IMG/VR virus record: IMGVR_UViG_3300043399_000272
Location: 186,001 to 250,000 of that record
Reading direction: 5' to 3' (one strand)
Length of the DNA: 64,000 nucleotides
Part shown: positions 18,216 through 28,261 of the stretch, one piece after another
Numbering within the stretch: position 1 is the first letter of the stretch
How the letters are laid out: every line of letters begins with the position of its first letter
The notes under the pieces: generated by a model
Seen by the model: the letters and a program-made list of their open reading frames with translations, nothing else
Database searches by the model: none
Told to the model about the DNA's origin: nothing
Translations under genes and position numbers: made by a program

Positions 18216-18244
18216 TTGATTTATTCTAGTAAGAAGTATACAAT
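18216..18244 (+). promoter_or_regulatory. sigma70-like promoter for primase-helicase
   Basis: TTGATT-17-TACAAT. Confidence 0.55.
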
Positions 18245-18250
18245 ATAAGA

Positions 18251-19222
18251 ATGTTCGACATTCTAGGTTTAATTCCGGGTAAAAAGAAGCATACAAACAG
18301 CGGGTGGACTAGCTTTAACGCAGTCTGCTGTAGCCATCGCGGCCATAATCCAGACAGAAGAATGCGAGGCGGGCTACGTATTGATGGAAATAATTGGGTG
18401 ATGCATTGCTTCAACTGCGGATATAGTTGTAGCTTTATGCTCGGTAGGAGTATAAATGCAAAAACCAGACAGTTCCTTATTTGGTGCGGAGTAGATAGTG
18501 AACAAGTACAAAAATGGAGTTTAGAAAGCCTTCAGAAAAAAGATTTGCTTCAACTATACCTAGAACAGAAAAAACGCTTTACGATTAAATTTAAATCTAA
18601 GAGGCTGCCGGACAATTCTGAACAAATTACTGAACAAGGTACTCATAAGTTCTATGTAGATTATTTGAAAAAGCGCAAAATAGACTATGAAAAATATGTT
18701 CTCTATTGCAACCCTTCCGGTGGTCAACGTAAAAAATATGGTATTATAATTCCCTACACATATAAAGGAAAAATAGTAGGACACACTACAAGGTTTCTGG
18801 ATAACAAAAGTCCTAAATATATCAATGAACAACAACAAGGCTATGTCTTTAATATTGACATGCAGAAACCAGAATGGAATGTATGCATTGTAACTGAAGG
18901 TATTTTTGATGCAATGGCAATCGATGGTGTTGCACTGATGCATGACGATATTAGTAATGAGCAAGCAATACTACTAAGTACACTAAACAGAAAAATTATT
19001 GTAGTGCCGGATTTTGACAAAACTGGTTTGAAAATTACAGATAGGGCGTTAGAACTTGGATATCATGTCAGCTTACCCAACTGGGGTCCTGATATTAAAG
19101 ACGTTAACGATGCAGTAGTAAAGTATGGTAAGCTCCCTACATTATTGGCAATACTTGAAAACGCAACGATGAGCAAGATAAAAATTGAAATGAGGAAGAA
19201 ACAGATTGCTAAAGGATTATAA
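18251..19222 (+). CDS. DNA primase (gp61-like)
   Basis: Zn ribbon CC...HCFNCG, KYIN, TOPRIM EGIFDA, PDFD, KDVND. Confidence 0.85.
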   Translation: MFDILGLIPGKKKHTNSGWTSFNAVCCSHRGHNPDRRMRGGLRIDGNNWVMHCFNCGYSCSFMLGRSINAKTRQFLIWCGVDSEQVQKWSLESLQKKDLLQLYLEQKKRFTIKFKSKRLPDNSEQITEQGTHKFYVDYLKKRKIDYEKYVLYCNPSGGQRKKYGIIIPYTYKGKIVGHTTRFLDNKSPKYINEQQQGYVFNIDMQKPEWNVCIVTEGIFDAMAIDGVALMHDDISNEQAILLSTLNRKIIVVPDFDKTGLKITDRALELGYHVSLPNWGPDIKDVNDAVVKYGKLPTLLAILENATMSKIKIEMRKKQIAKGL

Positions 19223-20633
19223 TATTGATGTACAGACCCTATTTCTGCGTATGTTAGTAACAAACGCAGAATTGTTTACAAGGGTTACAAACATCATGAA
19301 TCCACAAAACTTTGATAAGTCTCTCAGACCTGTGGCTGAGCTACTTAAGGAGCACAGTGAAAAATACAGTGTGTTACCTTCTCCTGAACAAATCAAAGCA
19401 ACGACTGGAGTTGAAATTGATGTAGTACCAGAGTTAAACGAAGGTCACTCTGAATGGTTTTTAGATGAATTTGAAAAATTTACTAAGCGCCAAGAACTTG
19501 AACGTGCTATCCTTCAAGCAGCCGATATGCTTGAAAAGGGTGATTACGGTCCTGTTGAAAAGATGATTAAGGACGCTGTACAAATCAGTTTACAAAAAGA
19601 CATGGGTACAGATTACTTTGCTGACCCCAAGACACGAATTAATAAGTATTTCAATGCAGGTGGGCAGGTTAGTACAGGATGGCCACAACTTGACAGACTA
19701 CTATATGGTGGTTTTAGTCGGGGTGAACTAAACATCTTTGCAGGTGGTTCTGGTTCAGGTAAGTCTTTGGTTATGATGAATATTGCATTGAACTGGTTGA
19801 ACGTAGGTCTAAGTGGTGTTTACGTTTCACTAGAACTTTCAGAAGAACTAACATCATTGCGTACTGATGCGATGTTGACCAGTATGAGTACCAAAGATAT
19901 TCGCAAAGATATTGATTCTGCTGAATTGAAGATTAAAATGATGAGTAAGAAGTCTGGTCAATATCGAGTTAAAGGTATGCCTGCACAATCTAACGTTAAC
20001 GATATTCGTGCTTATTTGAAAGAAGTACAAATTCAGACAGGAATCAAAATTGATTTTGTGATGATTGATTATTTGGATCTGGTTATGCCCGTGTCTGTTA
20101 AAGTAAATCCCAATGATCAGTTTATCAAAGACAAGTATGTTTCAGAAGAATTGCGTAACTTAGCAAAAGAGCTAGGCATTTTAATGGTAACTGCATCTCA
20201 GTTGAATCGTAGTGCTGTAGAGGAAATTGAGTTTGATCATAGTCACATTGCAGGTGGCATTTCAAAGATTAACACTGCGGATAACGTCTTTGGTATATAT
20301 CGTACTAGAAGTATGATGGAGCGAGGAAAGTATCAGATTCAATGTATGAAATCTCGTAGTAGTACAGGCGTAGGTCAAAAAATCGATTTAGACTATAATA
20401 TGGAAACTATGCGTATTACAGATGATGATCCTGAAGGATACGCAGACCAGCAAGCAAAGTATAAACAGCAACCTAGTGCAAATGACATAATGAGTAAATT
20501 GAAGCCGCAAAGCACTATAACAACAAACGATCAGGTTCAGTCTTTTGTCCAACCAGAAGCAAAACGAGTAGTAGGTGATGTTCAGGGTGCTAAATTAAAA
20601 GCACTATTGAATACGATTCAAAAAGATAAATAA
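19206..20633 (+). CDS. replicative DnaB-like helicase (gp41-like)
   Basis: STGW, GGSGSGKS, SLEL, IDYLD, TASQLNR, KSR. Confidence 0.9.
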   Translation: MLKDYNIDVQTLFLRMLVTNAELFTRVTNIMNPQNFDKSLRPVAELLKEHSEKYSVLPSPEQIKATTGVEIDVVPELNEGHSEWFLDEFEKFTKRQELERAILQAADMLEKGDYGPVEKMIKDAVQISLQKDMGTDYFADPKTRINKYFNAGGQVSTGWPQLDRLLYGGFSRGELNIFAGGSGSGKSLVMMNIALNWLNVGLSGVYVSLELSEELTSLRTDAMLTSMSTKDIRKDIDSAELKIKMMSKKSGQYRVKGMPAQSNVNDIRAYLKEVQIQTGIKIDFVMIDYLDLVMPVSVKVNPNDQFIKDKYVSEELRNLAKELGILMVTASQLNRSAVEEIEFDHSHIAGGISKINTADNVFGIYRTRSMMERGKYQIQCMKSRSSTGVGQKIDLDYNMETMRITDDDPEGYADQQAKYKQQPSANDIMSKLKPQSTITTNDQVQSFVQPEAKRVVGDVQGAKLKALLNTIQKDK

Positions 20634-20651
20634 TAGTAGGACATATTTATT

Positions 20652-20891
20652 ATGCAAAGAAAAACTCGTAGCTTACTAGAGGAATTAGAGTCCCTAGGAC
20701 AAAATCGTGATACTAAGCATATCATCGAAAACCGAGCCCAACATATCATCACTAGTGCTATAAATTTGCTAGAAATGATCAATAAATATTACGATCCTGA
20801 CAAGGCCCAGATCCTAGAGCGTAAACTTTTAAACGCAATCAAGACTAGAGATCAAGAAAAATTCAGCAAATCCATCAAAAAAGATAGTTAA
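20652..20891 (+). CDS. small late protein
   Basis: GATAAATA at 20625-20632; N-terminal SLLEE. Confidence 0.65.
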   Translation: MQRKTRSLLEELESLGQNRDTKHIIENRAQHIITSAINLLEMINKYYDPDKAQILERKLLNAIKTRDQEKFSKSIKKDS

Positions 20892-20978
20892 AAATCTATC
20901 TGCAAACCCAACTTTTTTTGCAAAAGGCATAAATAAAAGTAGAGCCTATATGGCTCAACTATTTAAAGGAAAATTAAA

Positions 20979-21368
20979 ATGGCACAACAAACTAAAGTTC
21001 ACGGTGATTTCAAAGGCGTAGCTAACTATGACGTTCGTGATTATACAGTAGGTTCTCTAAATGCAGTTACTTCTGCTCAAACAGTACAACCACAAGGTCC
21101 TAAGCTAGACTTTGGTACTATCACTTTCACAGGTGCAGCAAGCCCATCATTAGCTGACATCAAGACAGCTATTGACACAATCCAACAATTAGCAGTTGTT
21201 TATGTATATGAGTATACTGAAGTTGGTGACAATACTGACACTCTAGCAGTTGCAGTATACCCAACAGGTGCATGGGATTTCGCAAACGGTGGTTCTTTAG
21301 ACGCAGCTTTAACTTCTGCTCTAGGATATGCTGTTACTACAGCCGCTACAGCAACATTCACTAACTAA
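20979..21368 (+). CDS. probable abundant virion protein (monocistronic late gene)
   Basis: CATAAATA at 20928, SD aagga, own terminator, Ala/Thr-rich. Confidence 0.6.
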   Translation: MAQQTKVHGDFKGVANYDVRDYTVGSLNAVTSAQTVQPQGPKLDFGTITFTGAASPSLADIKTAIDTIQQLAVVYVYEYTEVGDNTDTLAVAVYPTGAWDFANGGSLDAALTSALGYAVTTAATATFTN

Positions 21369-21383
21369 TTTAAAACTTAGTCT

Positions 21384-21413
21384 AAAAACCCGAGAATATT
21401 CTCGGGTTTTTTT
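21384..21413 (+). terminator. rho-independent terminator
   Basis: aaaaacccgagaa-ta-ttctcgggttttttt. Confidence 0.85.
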
Positions 21414-21431
21414 ACCTCTATAAATATCATT

Positions 21432-21890
21432 ATGAGTTATAGAATAAGATGCTATACGTTATTTGATATCACGCAAACCGGAGTTTTGATTAGACGACCC
21501 CCGATAAATTTGTCAGACGACCAAAGAGTCGATTGGGAAAATCGCAGAAATTCACAGTCTAATTTTGACACGGTTGTTCAGGTGATAAATCTAAGAAGCC
21601 AACCTGAAGAAATGTCAATAACTACCTCGTCTTACATCAACTTCAAAGAATTTCAAAACTTTGGATTTATGTATGAAGATGAAGAAGATCAAATGTGTTG
21701 GCAATTTGATTTTTCGATTAGACATAAAAGTGTATTTGACGACGGAGTAAGTGAACTAGGAGCATTATTCGATGATTGCGAAGGTGTACCTATGATTAAA
21801 CACGGTATAAAGTGGGAGAAACTTGCATCATTTTTAGATACATCCCCTGAATTTCGAAATATTTATTTTGAGGTACTATCAAATGAGTGA
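21432..21890 (+). CDS. hypothetical late protein
   Basis: TATAAATA at 21419-21426. Confidence 0.7.
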   Translation: MSYRIRCYTLFDITQTGVLIRRPPINLSDDQRVDWENRRNSQSNFDTVVQVINLRSQPEEMSITTSSYINFKEFQNFGFMYEDEEDQMCWQFDFSIRHKSVFDDGVSELGALFDDCEGVPMIKHGIKWEKLASFLDTSPEFRNIYFEVLSNE

Positions 21891-22356
21891 GCAAAACATG
21901 TTTGACATTCTTAAAAAGATGTTAGATAAAACTAATATCACCGAACTTTCAGAAAAATTGGTGTTAACGACTGAAAGCGGTTATGAATTATTTGGAAAAT
22001 ACGTAATAACACATGTAAATAATCAGTATATAGTTTCTGCTCATAAGAGGCACCTGTCACAATCATTTTATACATTAAAAAATGCAGTAATATGGACTAC
22101 CTTATACGCTAATAATAAGATATCAGATTCTAAAAGAATTTTAGATTTAGATGTTGCCTTAGAAGGTGCAAACTTTGAAATAAAATTACATGATACTTTA
22201 GCCAAAAAAGCTAAATCGTTAGAAGCTAAATCAATCCATGCAACCAAAGTTGTAGAAAATAAACACCGAAAATACCTTATAAATCGTGAATTAGCTGAAT
22301 ATGAGGAGAGAGTCAAGAAATGGCAATATACTCAGTTCTCTAAGATAACTGCCTAA
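21883..22356 (+). CDS. hypothetical protein
   Basis: ATG after gaggt; overlaps previous stop. Confidence 0.65.
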   Translation: MSEQNMFDILKKMLDKTNITELSEKLVLTTESGYELFGKYVITHVNNQYIVSAHKRHLSQSFYTLKNAVIWTTLYANNKISDSKRILDLDVALEGANFEIKLHDTLAKKAKSLEAKSIHATKVVENKHRKYLINRELAEYEERVKKWQYTQFSKITA

Positions 22357-22406
22357 AAATAATTTAGAAAAAGATAAATACATAATCAGTACTCTAGGAC
22401 AATACT

Positions 22407-23123
22407 ATGAAACTAACCGAATTTAACGCAAAACCATTACAAGTCACTAAGAAGGCTCTAAAAGAGCATTTCAATACTGACATGAAATTAGATGGAATGA
22501 GTCTATATGACACACAAAGAATGATGAGAAAAGTAAGCACATTAATGGCTGAAATGCGTCAGTCTTCAAATGGGTTGAATACAGAAAACAATCCGGCATA
22601 TTTAAAACTAGTGTTCATGGAACAGGCATTAACTCATCACTACGGTGAACTTAAAGCTCTACCAATGTACAATACTAGAATGGTAGTAGAAAATGAAGAG
22701 GTTGAAAAATCTCAAGTTATTCTTGCTGCACAAGAAATGGTCGATTCAATTCAAAAAATGGTTGAGCAAGTTTCTGATATGTTAGTCAAAGAGCTACCTG
22801 CAGTTGTAGACGGCGTCAATAGTGAAGTCGGCACACAGCAAGGACAGCAATTCAACACAACCATGACAGAAGCTCTATCTGGATTGCAGGGCGCATTGAC
22901 ACAAGCTAAATCAAGCATTCAAGGTGGTCTAGGTATTATCACTGGTCAAAGCAGCGATATGGCTGATATGGGTATGGGCGGTGAAATGGGCGGAGAAGCC
23001 GATCTAGGTGGCGAAGACATGGAAGATTTAGGTGGTGAGCAACCTGACGCAGAATTGCCTGAGCTACCTGAAGAACCTGACGAAGACGAGACTGTTGCCG
23101 GCGTCGGCCGCGCAATGCGCTAA
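22407..23123 (+). CDS. putative prohead core/internal protein
   Basis: GATAAATA at 22373; MKLTE leader; helical with acidic G/M-rich tail. Confidence 0.5.
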   Translation: MKLTEFNAKPLQVTKKALKEHFNTDMKLDGMSLYDTQRMMRKVSTLMAEMRQSSNGLNTENNPAYLKLVFMEQALTHHYGELKALPMYNTRMVVENEEVEKSQVILAAQEMVDSIQKMVEQVSDMLVKELPAVVDGVNSEVGTQQGQQFNTTMTEALSGLQGALTQAKSSIQGGLGIITGQSSDMADMGMGGEMGGEADLGGEDMEDLGGEQPDAELPELPEEPDEDETVAGVGRAMR

Positions 23124-23126
23124 AAT

Positions 23127-23456
23127 ATGAGAATTTTTGAATTCGCAGGAGATGATCCTCTTCGTGTTAAATTAGCAGCAATTGCTAAACAATTACAAAC
23201 ACGAGCTATTGAAAAAGATCGTCCGATGGACACAGATGAGTTCCTGCGTTTTCTAAATGACAGTGGTATTAGTTTAGAATTATCCGACTTGTTTGATATA
23301 GTTCAAAAAGAACCACTGAGTAACATAGTTCAATCAGTGAACAAGGATCAAGTCATATTCAAAGGACAAAAAGGCGCCGAAACTACAGGGACTACGCCCG
23401 ATAAATCAGATGCTGAAAAGGTTCGTCAGCAGATGGCTAGAAAAGCAATGAAATAA
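23127..23456 (+). CDS. hypothetical late protein
   Basis: MRIFE leader. Confidence 0.6.
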   Translation: MRIFEFAGDDPLRVKLAAIAKQLQTRAIEKDRPMDTDEFLRFLNDSGISLELSDLFDIVQKEPLSNIVQSVNKDQVIFKGQKGAETTGTTPDKSDAEKVRQQMARKAMK

Positions 23457-23465
23457 CCAAATAGA

Positions 23466-23494
23466 TTGTACTATGTAGAAATATATAGTACAAT
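23466..23494 (+). promoter_or_regulatory. sigma70-like promoter
   Basis: TTGTAC-17-TACAAT. Confidence 0.5.
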
Positions 23495-23500
23495 TTTTTT

Positions 23501-24187
23501 ATGTATATTCCTGATAAATTCAAATATGTTGCTATTAATAGAATTGACACTCCTGAGGGTCGAAGATACGCAACTCCCGACGGTGAAAAACTTCCTAGCG
23601 TTACAACTATATTAGACGCAACTAAATCTGAAGAATCTAAAAAAGCACTACAAGAATGGCGCAATAGAGTAGGACATAAACAAGCACAAGCAATTACTAC
23701 AGAAGCAGCTGGCCGCGGCACACGAATGCATAAGTGGCTAGAGAACTATGTAAAGACAGGAGAAACAGGTGAGCCCGGAAGCAATCCATACAGTATCCAA
23801 AGCCATAAAATGGCGCAATCTATTATCTATCAGGGACTATCTAAATGTAATGAGTTCTGGGGTACAGAAGTTCCTCTCTATTTTCCTAAAGTATATGCCG
23901 GAACAACTGACTTGGTTGGCGTTCATGACGGTAGTCCTGCTATCATGGATCACAAACAAGCTAACAAACCAAAGAAAAAAGAATGGATCTCTGATTACTT
24001 TATTCAATTAGCAGCCTATGCTAACGCACACAATGAAGTACACGGGACTGACATTCGAAAAGGTGTCATTTTCATGTGTACCGCAGATAATAAATACCAA
24101 GAGTTTATAATTGAGGGTTCTGAGTTCGACCACTGGACTAATGAATGGTTTAAACGTGTAGAGAAATTCTACATGCAGTTCTTATAA
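23501..24187 (+). CDS. PD-(D/E)XK exonuclease (RecB/Cas4-like)
   Basis: LPSVTTIL, RGTRMH, E..L..YAGTTD..IMDHK, QLAAY. Confidence 0.85.
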   Translation: MYIPDKFKYVAINRIDTPEGRRYATPDGEKLPSVTTILDATKSEESKKALQEWRNRVGHKQAQAITTEAAGRGTRMHKWLENYVKTGETGEPGSNPYSIQSHKMAQSIIYQGLSKCNEFWGTEVPLYFPKVYAGTTDLVGVHDGSPAIMDHKQANKPKKKEWISDYFIQLAAYANAHNEVHGTDIRKGVIFMCTADNKYQEFIIEGSEFDHWTNEWFKRVEKFYMQFL

Positions 24188-24224
24188 TTCGAGATAAATA
24201 GTATAATCAAATAAAGATTATACT

Positions 24225-25463
24225 ATGGCTATCGTACAAATATCTAAAGTTCAAGCAAGAACAGGCGCAAACGTTGATTTACCACAATTAGATGTGGGGG
24301 AATTAGGTTACGCAACGGATGAAGGTAAATTATATATCGGAAATGATCCAGCAGAACCACTGCCGACCATTGATGGTAAATATATTTCTGAAATTCTAAC
24401 GACTACATCATCACTTGACTTTTCAAGATTAAACGGTTCTGATAACGTGTCAATGGACATGACTAGCGTAAGTTCAGGTGAGTTATTAGGAATTAGTGTA
24501 TCTGGGAATATTGCTACAGTAGTTAATGTAGGTGGTGATGCCGGCGGCGAGATTAACTTAGGGGATGCTAGTAACGTCAAAATTTCAGGTAACGGTGTCG
24601 TTGGTGGCTATGTCCTAGCAAGTGACGGAAATGGTGGACTAACTTGGGTAACTAACGGTGTTTTAAAATCAGTTATTCAGTCTATCGGAAACGCAAGTGG
24701 TACGGCGTTGTTTACTACGCAAGGTGATCACTTATTCGGTACTGGTACAATTTGTTCAGTAACAAATATTCAGCCATCAGGTGTCCAGGGTATTATTCAA
24801 GTATCAGGGGTTGACGATAGTAATAAATTTTATGTTAACCGCAGATCAAGTAATACATTCTCCTTGCACAAAGCTGCCAATGCAATGGCGGGTAATTTAC
24901 CATACGATATTCAATTCGCTAACTATACTGCAAATAGTGGTTCAATAGTTGGCATGATAACACCTAGTGGAAACATAAGTATTGCCGGTACTAGCAATAC
25001 TCAACTATTTTTTAATGACACTGGAGCTACAATAGGTGGTAGTAGTAATCTAACATTTAACAAAACCACATCAGTTTTAACGCTAATTGGTAACATAACA
25101 ACCACTAATGCTAATTTAGGTAATGCTGCAACTGCGAATTATTTCATTGGTTCGTTTAGGGGTGCAGTTGGTAATGCAGCGACCGCTAACGCCGGAACTT
25201 TTACTACAGTAATAGCTAACAATAGTACAGTTTCAGGAAATATTGATGTAGGTGGAAATTTAGATGTAACTGGAAACATTACATTTGATTCTAGTTCAGG
25301 TGCTAATGTTACTGCAACCGGATTTATGCAGCTTCCTGTATATGCCGACGATACAGCACGTGATGCAGCTATCTTATCCCCTTCAGAGGGTATGATGATT
25401 TTCAATCAGTCCGGCGCCAAGTTTCAAGGATATGACGGTACTGATTGGGTAAATCTCAATTAA
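24225..25463 (+). CDS. tail fibre/adhesin-like protein (Mtd N-terminal-like motif)
   Basis: IVQISKVQARTG...LPQL..GELGYATD..KLYIG; G/N/T-rich; C-terminal GMMIFN...FQGY.G..W. Confidence 0.65.
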   Translation: MAIVQISKVQARTGANVDLPQLDVGELGYATDEGKLYIGNDPAEPLPTIDGKYISEILTTTSSLDFSRLNGSDNVSMDMTSVSSGELLGISVSGNIATVVNVGGDAGGEINLGDASNVKISGNGVVGGYVLASDGNGGLTWVTNGVLKSVIQSIGNASGTALFTTQGDHLFGTGTICSVTNIQPSGVQGIIQVSGVDDSNKFYVNRRSSNTFSLHKAANAMAGNLPYDIQFANYTANSGSIVGMITPSGNISIAGTSNTQLFFNDTGATIGGSSNLTFNKTTSVLTLIGNITTTNANLGNAATANYFIGSFRGAVGNAATANAGTFTTVIANNSTVSGNIDVGGNLDVTGNITFDSSSGANVTATGFMQLPVYADDTARDAAILSPSEGMMIFNQSGAKFQGYDGTDWVNLN

Positions 25464-25556
25464 ACAGATAAATATATAATACACTCTTAATTCTGAGAGT
25501 TTATGCGGTCCCCGCCGCGTAGTGGCTAGAACCCACAACTAACAAGGAGAAAACAA

Positions 25557-26417
25557 ATGGGACGCCCAATTAAAGCAAATAAATGGAATGGATCAACCAA
25601 CATCGACTATGGTTATCCTAACGACGGTACTACCGATAATGGCTACGATACAGATAAACCAGGTGTAGTAATCGGAGACCCTGAGGATAGATGGGAAATT
25701 GTACAATCATATGTATGTATTAAAGTAAATGGATTAGGAACTATCACTACTGATTCCACTGCCACCACAGTTACCGGTACAGGTACAAACTTTACTGGAC
25801 TACTTTTAGGCGGTGCTAAACTTTACACATCTGCAGGAGTGTATATCGGTACCGTTGATTCAGTAACCGATGACGGTGAACTAGAATTAGCAGCAAACGC
25901 AGAAGTGGATGTTACTGACAGTGCCTTCTACTATGGTGATGCAGACAGTGAAGGTATAATTCTTCGTCAAAAAGGTAAAAGAAAGTTTTTAGTAGCTAGA
26001 AGGGACAATATCCAAGATGAATATATCGTAGCAGGCAATACATATTTCATTGATACTGTCGGTAATACTGATTGGGAAGCATTAGGAGCCGGAGTAGGCG
26101 CAGGGTACGGAAAAGTGTTTACTGCTACTGCAAACGGTACAGGTCTTGGAACAGACGGCTCAGTGTACAATGTAGGTATATGCTCATTAGTCGATACCAC
26201 TGATTCAACTGAATTAGAGCCCGGAGAAATGTACATTTCTTACTACGATCCAGTACAAGACGATACTTATGCTGCAAGTGAACTTACTAACCATTGGTTA
26301 AGACCGTGGGGTGCTCAAGCTTCCGCAACCAAGTATGTTGCACAATTGACTGACTCTAGTTCAACACCTGATCCAGCTACAGGATATACAAGTGTTGACG
26401 TTAATGATTGGGATTAA
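25557..26417 (+). CDS. putative virion structural protein
   Basis: Late promoter GATAAATA at 25467, strong SD aaggag, VTGTGTNF motif, terminator downstream. Confidence 0.6.
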   Translation: MGRPIKANKWNGSTNIDYGYPNDGTTDNGYDTDKPGVVIGDPEDRWEIVQSYVCIKVNGLGTITTDSTATTVTGTGTNFTGLLLGGAKLYTSAGVYIGTVDSVTDDGELELAANAEVDVTDSAFYYGDADSEGIILRQKGKRKFLVARRDNIQDEYIVAGNTYFIDTVGNTDWEALGAGVGAGYGKVFTATANGTGLGTDGSVYNVGICSLVDTTDSTELEPGEMYISYYDPVQDDTYAASELTNHWLRPWGAQASATKYVAQLTDSSSTPDPATGYTSVDVNDWD

Positions 26418-26435
26418 TAAATCTCATTTGACAAC

Positions 26436-26463
26436 AAAAAAGCCGCATTATGCGGCTTTTTTT
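26436..26463. terminator. bidirectional terminator
   Basis: aaaaaagccgca-tta-tgcggctttttt between convergent genes. Confidence 0.85.
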
Positions 26464-26861
26464 ATTAGTACTTTTAATTTTTCTTGTACTATATCAAAGT
26501 TAATCGTATTGAACAATCCCGGATGTAATGGTTTAGGGTATTGTCCTGATTCTACCCAAGCATATCCGCAATGCTCATCGTTTAATTTAGGAATAAATTC
26601 ATCTTCAATTTCACAAAAGAATGTGTGATACACAAATGAATGATTAATAAATTTTTGAATAGGTATTAATTTAGCTTTAAGGGGGAAGTAACCTATTTCT
26701 TCTTCACACTCTCTTTGAATACCTTCAATCAAAGTTTCATTATCTTCTATTTTGCCACCAGGAATTCCCCAATTACCTGGATTCTTTTTATCTGTTCTTA
26801 GTAGGAACAAGAATCTTTCAGTATTTTTTGAATAAAAGAAAACGCCGGCTGAAGTATTCAT
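26448..26861 (-). CDS. Nudix hydrolase
   Basis: Nudix box GGKIEDNETLIEGIQRECEEEIG. Confidence 0.9.
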   Translation of the reverse strand: MNTSAGVFFYSKNTERFLFLLRTDKKNPGNWGIPGGKIEDNETLIEGIQRECEEEIGYFPLKAKLIPIQKFINHSFVYHTFFCEIEDEFIPKLNDEHCGYAWVESGQYPKPLHPGLFNTINFDIVQEKLKVLIKKAA

Positions 26862-26879
26862 ACTATCATTTATCTTAAT

Positions 26880-28253
26880 TTAGATAACGATAGAATAATC
26901 TCCTTCACCATACCATCCCTCATATGATTTCATCCACATTCCTTCTGCATATCTATATTGAACTCTAGTAGTTAAGTTTAATACATATTGCACATCCGTT
27001 AATAATGTACTGTCAAAACTGACAAACCAATTGGTTCCATCATATTCAATAATATCATTCGCAACAGCAACTAAATCACCCCACGCTATTGTTCCCGGGA
27101 AGTTAACATCATTGCTACCTATGTCTTCTACTATCAAGTAGCGTTGCCCTGCTTCTGCGGGCGGTAAGTTATTGCCCGGACTTTTTTGTTGAGGATTAAT
27201 GATACTATCTACTGGTTCTAACGTGTTCTCCGGTAAAGTATCCGGGTCAATATTGTATATTAGTAATCTGTCATCTGTCGGATTAAATGTAATAGTGCCT
27301 GCAATTTCAGTACTCATATACGGATTCTGTAACCATATCTGACTTATTCCCGGTCTTACAGTGCCGTATACTTGCAAAACACTTTGCCAATACACACTAG
27401 TGTTTGGATTAGTCGGTAAATCAGTTGATGCATTATTTGGATTGAATGGTTGATTAGCAGGTAGAATTTGAAGACTATTTCCAACTAATAATAACTTGTA
27501 TCCATATGGAGTAATCTTTTGTCTGGTACCTAATAATAAATCATCATCTTGCATGTCCGATATTGCTTTACCCTTAAAGATACTTGCAATAATCTTGTGA
27601 ATAACACCCATCTTTGTAATTTTAGCACTAGAACTAATCCAGATTGGCATGTAGAATTTCCAAGACAGTACATCTATCGGATTTCCTGAACCTTGAGGTA
27701 TCTGTCTGCTAGTAAAAGTTAATCCATCCTGGTATACTACGCTTAGAGATGTCCAGTCAATAAAGTTATCTGTACTTTGTAATTCCATACTCGGGTTAAA
27801 CAACACACCTAACTGTTCAATCAATTCTAATTTTTGCAAATAGTTAGTTGTCCAGAAATCCACTGTGATACGTAATGTATACGGTACTGGCATGATTCTT
27901 TGTACACCAAACGCCTCGCCTTGGGTAGTTTCATATGTTCCTGTTTCTTGATTGAATGTACGCTGACGTACAGATAATTTGTCGATAAAAAATGGGTCTT
28001 GTGTTCTTTTTTGATCGTATTCTAAACCGCTAATGTAATATGTAATTAACGGAGCACTAGGTAAACTGCTAGCACTGTTGCCTGCAATTTGCGTAGCTGC
28101 CATTCTACTGCTATCACCGTACATGATAGGTACCCTAACAAGAATATTATTACCTGCAGGATCCTTACCTTTAGTAACTTGCCAGTTGCTAAAAATACGT
28201 GCGAACTGAAGTAAAAAACGCTTTATCTGATTGTCATAAAAATAATTTGCCAT
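26880..28253 (-). CDS. tail sheath stabiliser/terminator (gp15-like) with C-terminal extension
   Basis: YFYDNQIKRFLLQF..IFSN, VPIMYG, MPVPY, EQL...FNP. Confidence 0.75.
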   Translation of the reverse strand: MANYFYDNQIKRFLLQFARIFSNWQVTKGKDPAGNNILVRVPIMYGDSSRMAATQIAGNSASSLPSAPLITYYISGLEYDQKRTQDPFFIDKLSVRQRTFNQETGTYETTQGEAFGVQRIMPVPYTLRITVDFWTTNYLQKLELIEQLGVLFNPSMELQSTDNFIDWTSLSVVYQDGLTFTSRQIPQGSGNPIDVLSWKFYMPIWISSSAKITKMGVIHKIIASIFKGKAISDMQDDDLLLGTRQKITPYGYKLLLVGNSLQILPANQPFNPNNASTDLPTNPNTSVYWQSVLQVYGTVRPGISQIWLQNPYMSTEIAGTITFNPTDDRLLIYNIDPDTLPENTLEPVDSIINPQQKSPGNNLPPAEAGQRYLIVEDIGSNDVNFPGTIAWGDLVAVANDIIEYDGTNWFVSFDSTLLTDVQYVLNLTTRVQYRYAEGMWMKSYEGWYGEGDYSIVI

Positions 28254-28261
28254 TGTCTTCC

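Noticed and set aside
20626-20650. Fourth RBS-occluding hairpin (ataaata/tatttat) after the helicase
   Set aside because: It is only a 7-bp all-AU stem with the SD in the loop, too weak to support.
23501-24187. Cas4-like nuclease as evidence of a CRISPR-Cas system
   Set aside because: It lacks the Fe-S cysteine set, no cas genes or array are nearby, and such exonucleases are common in T4-like phages.
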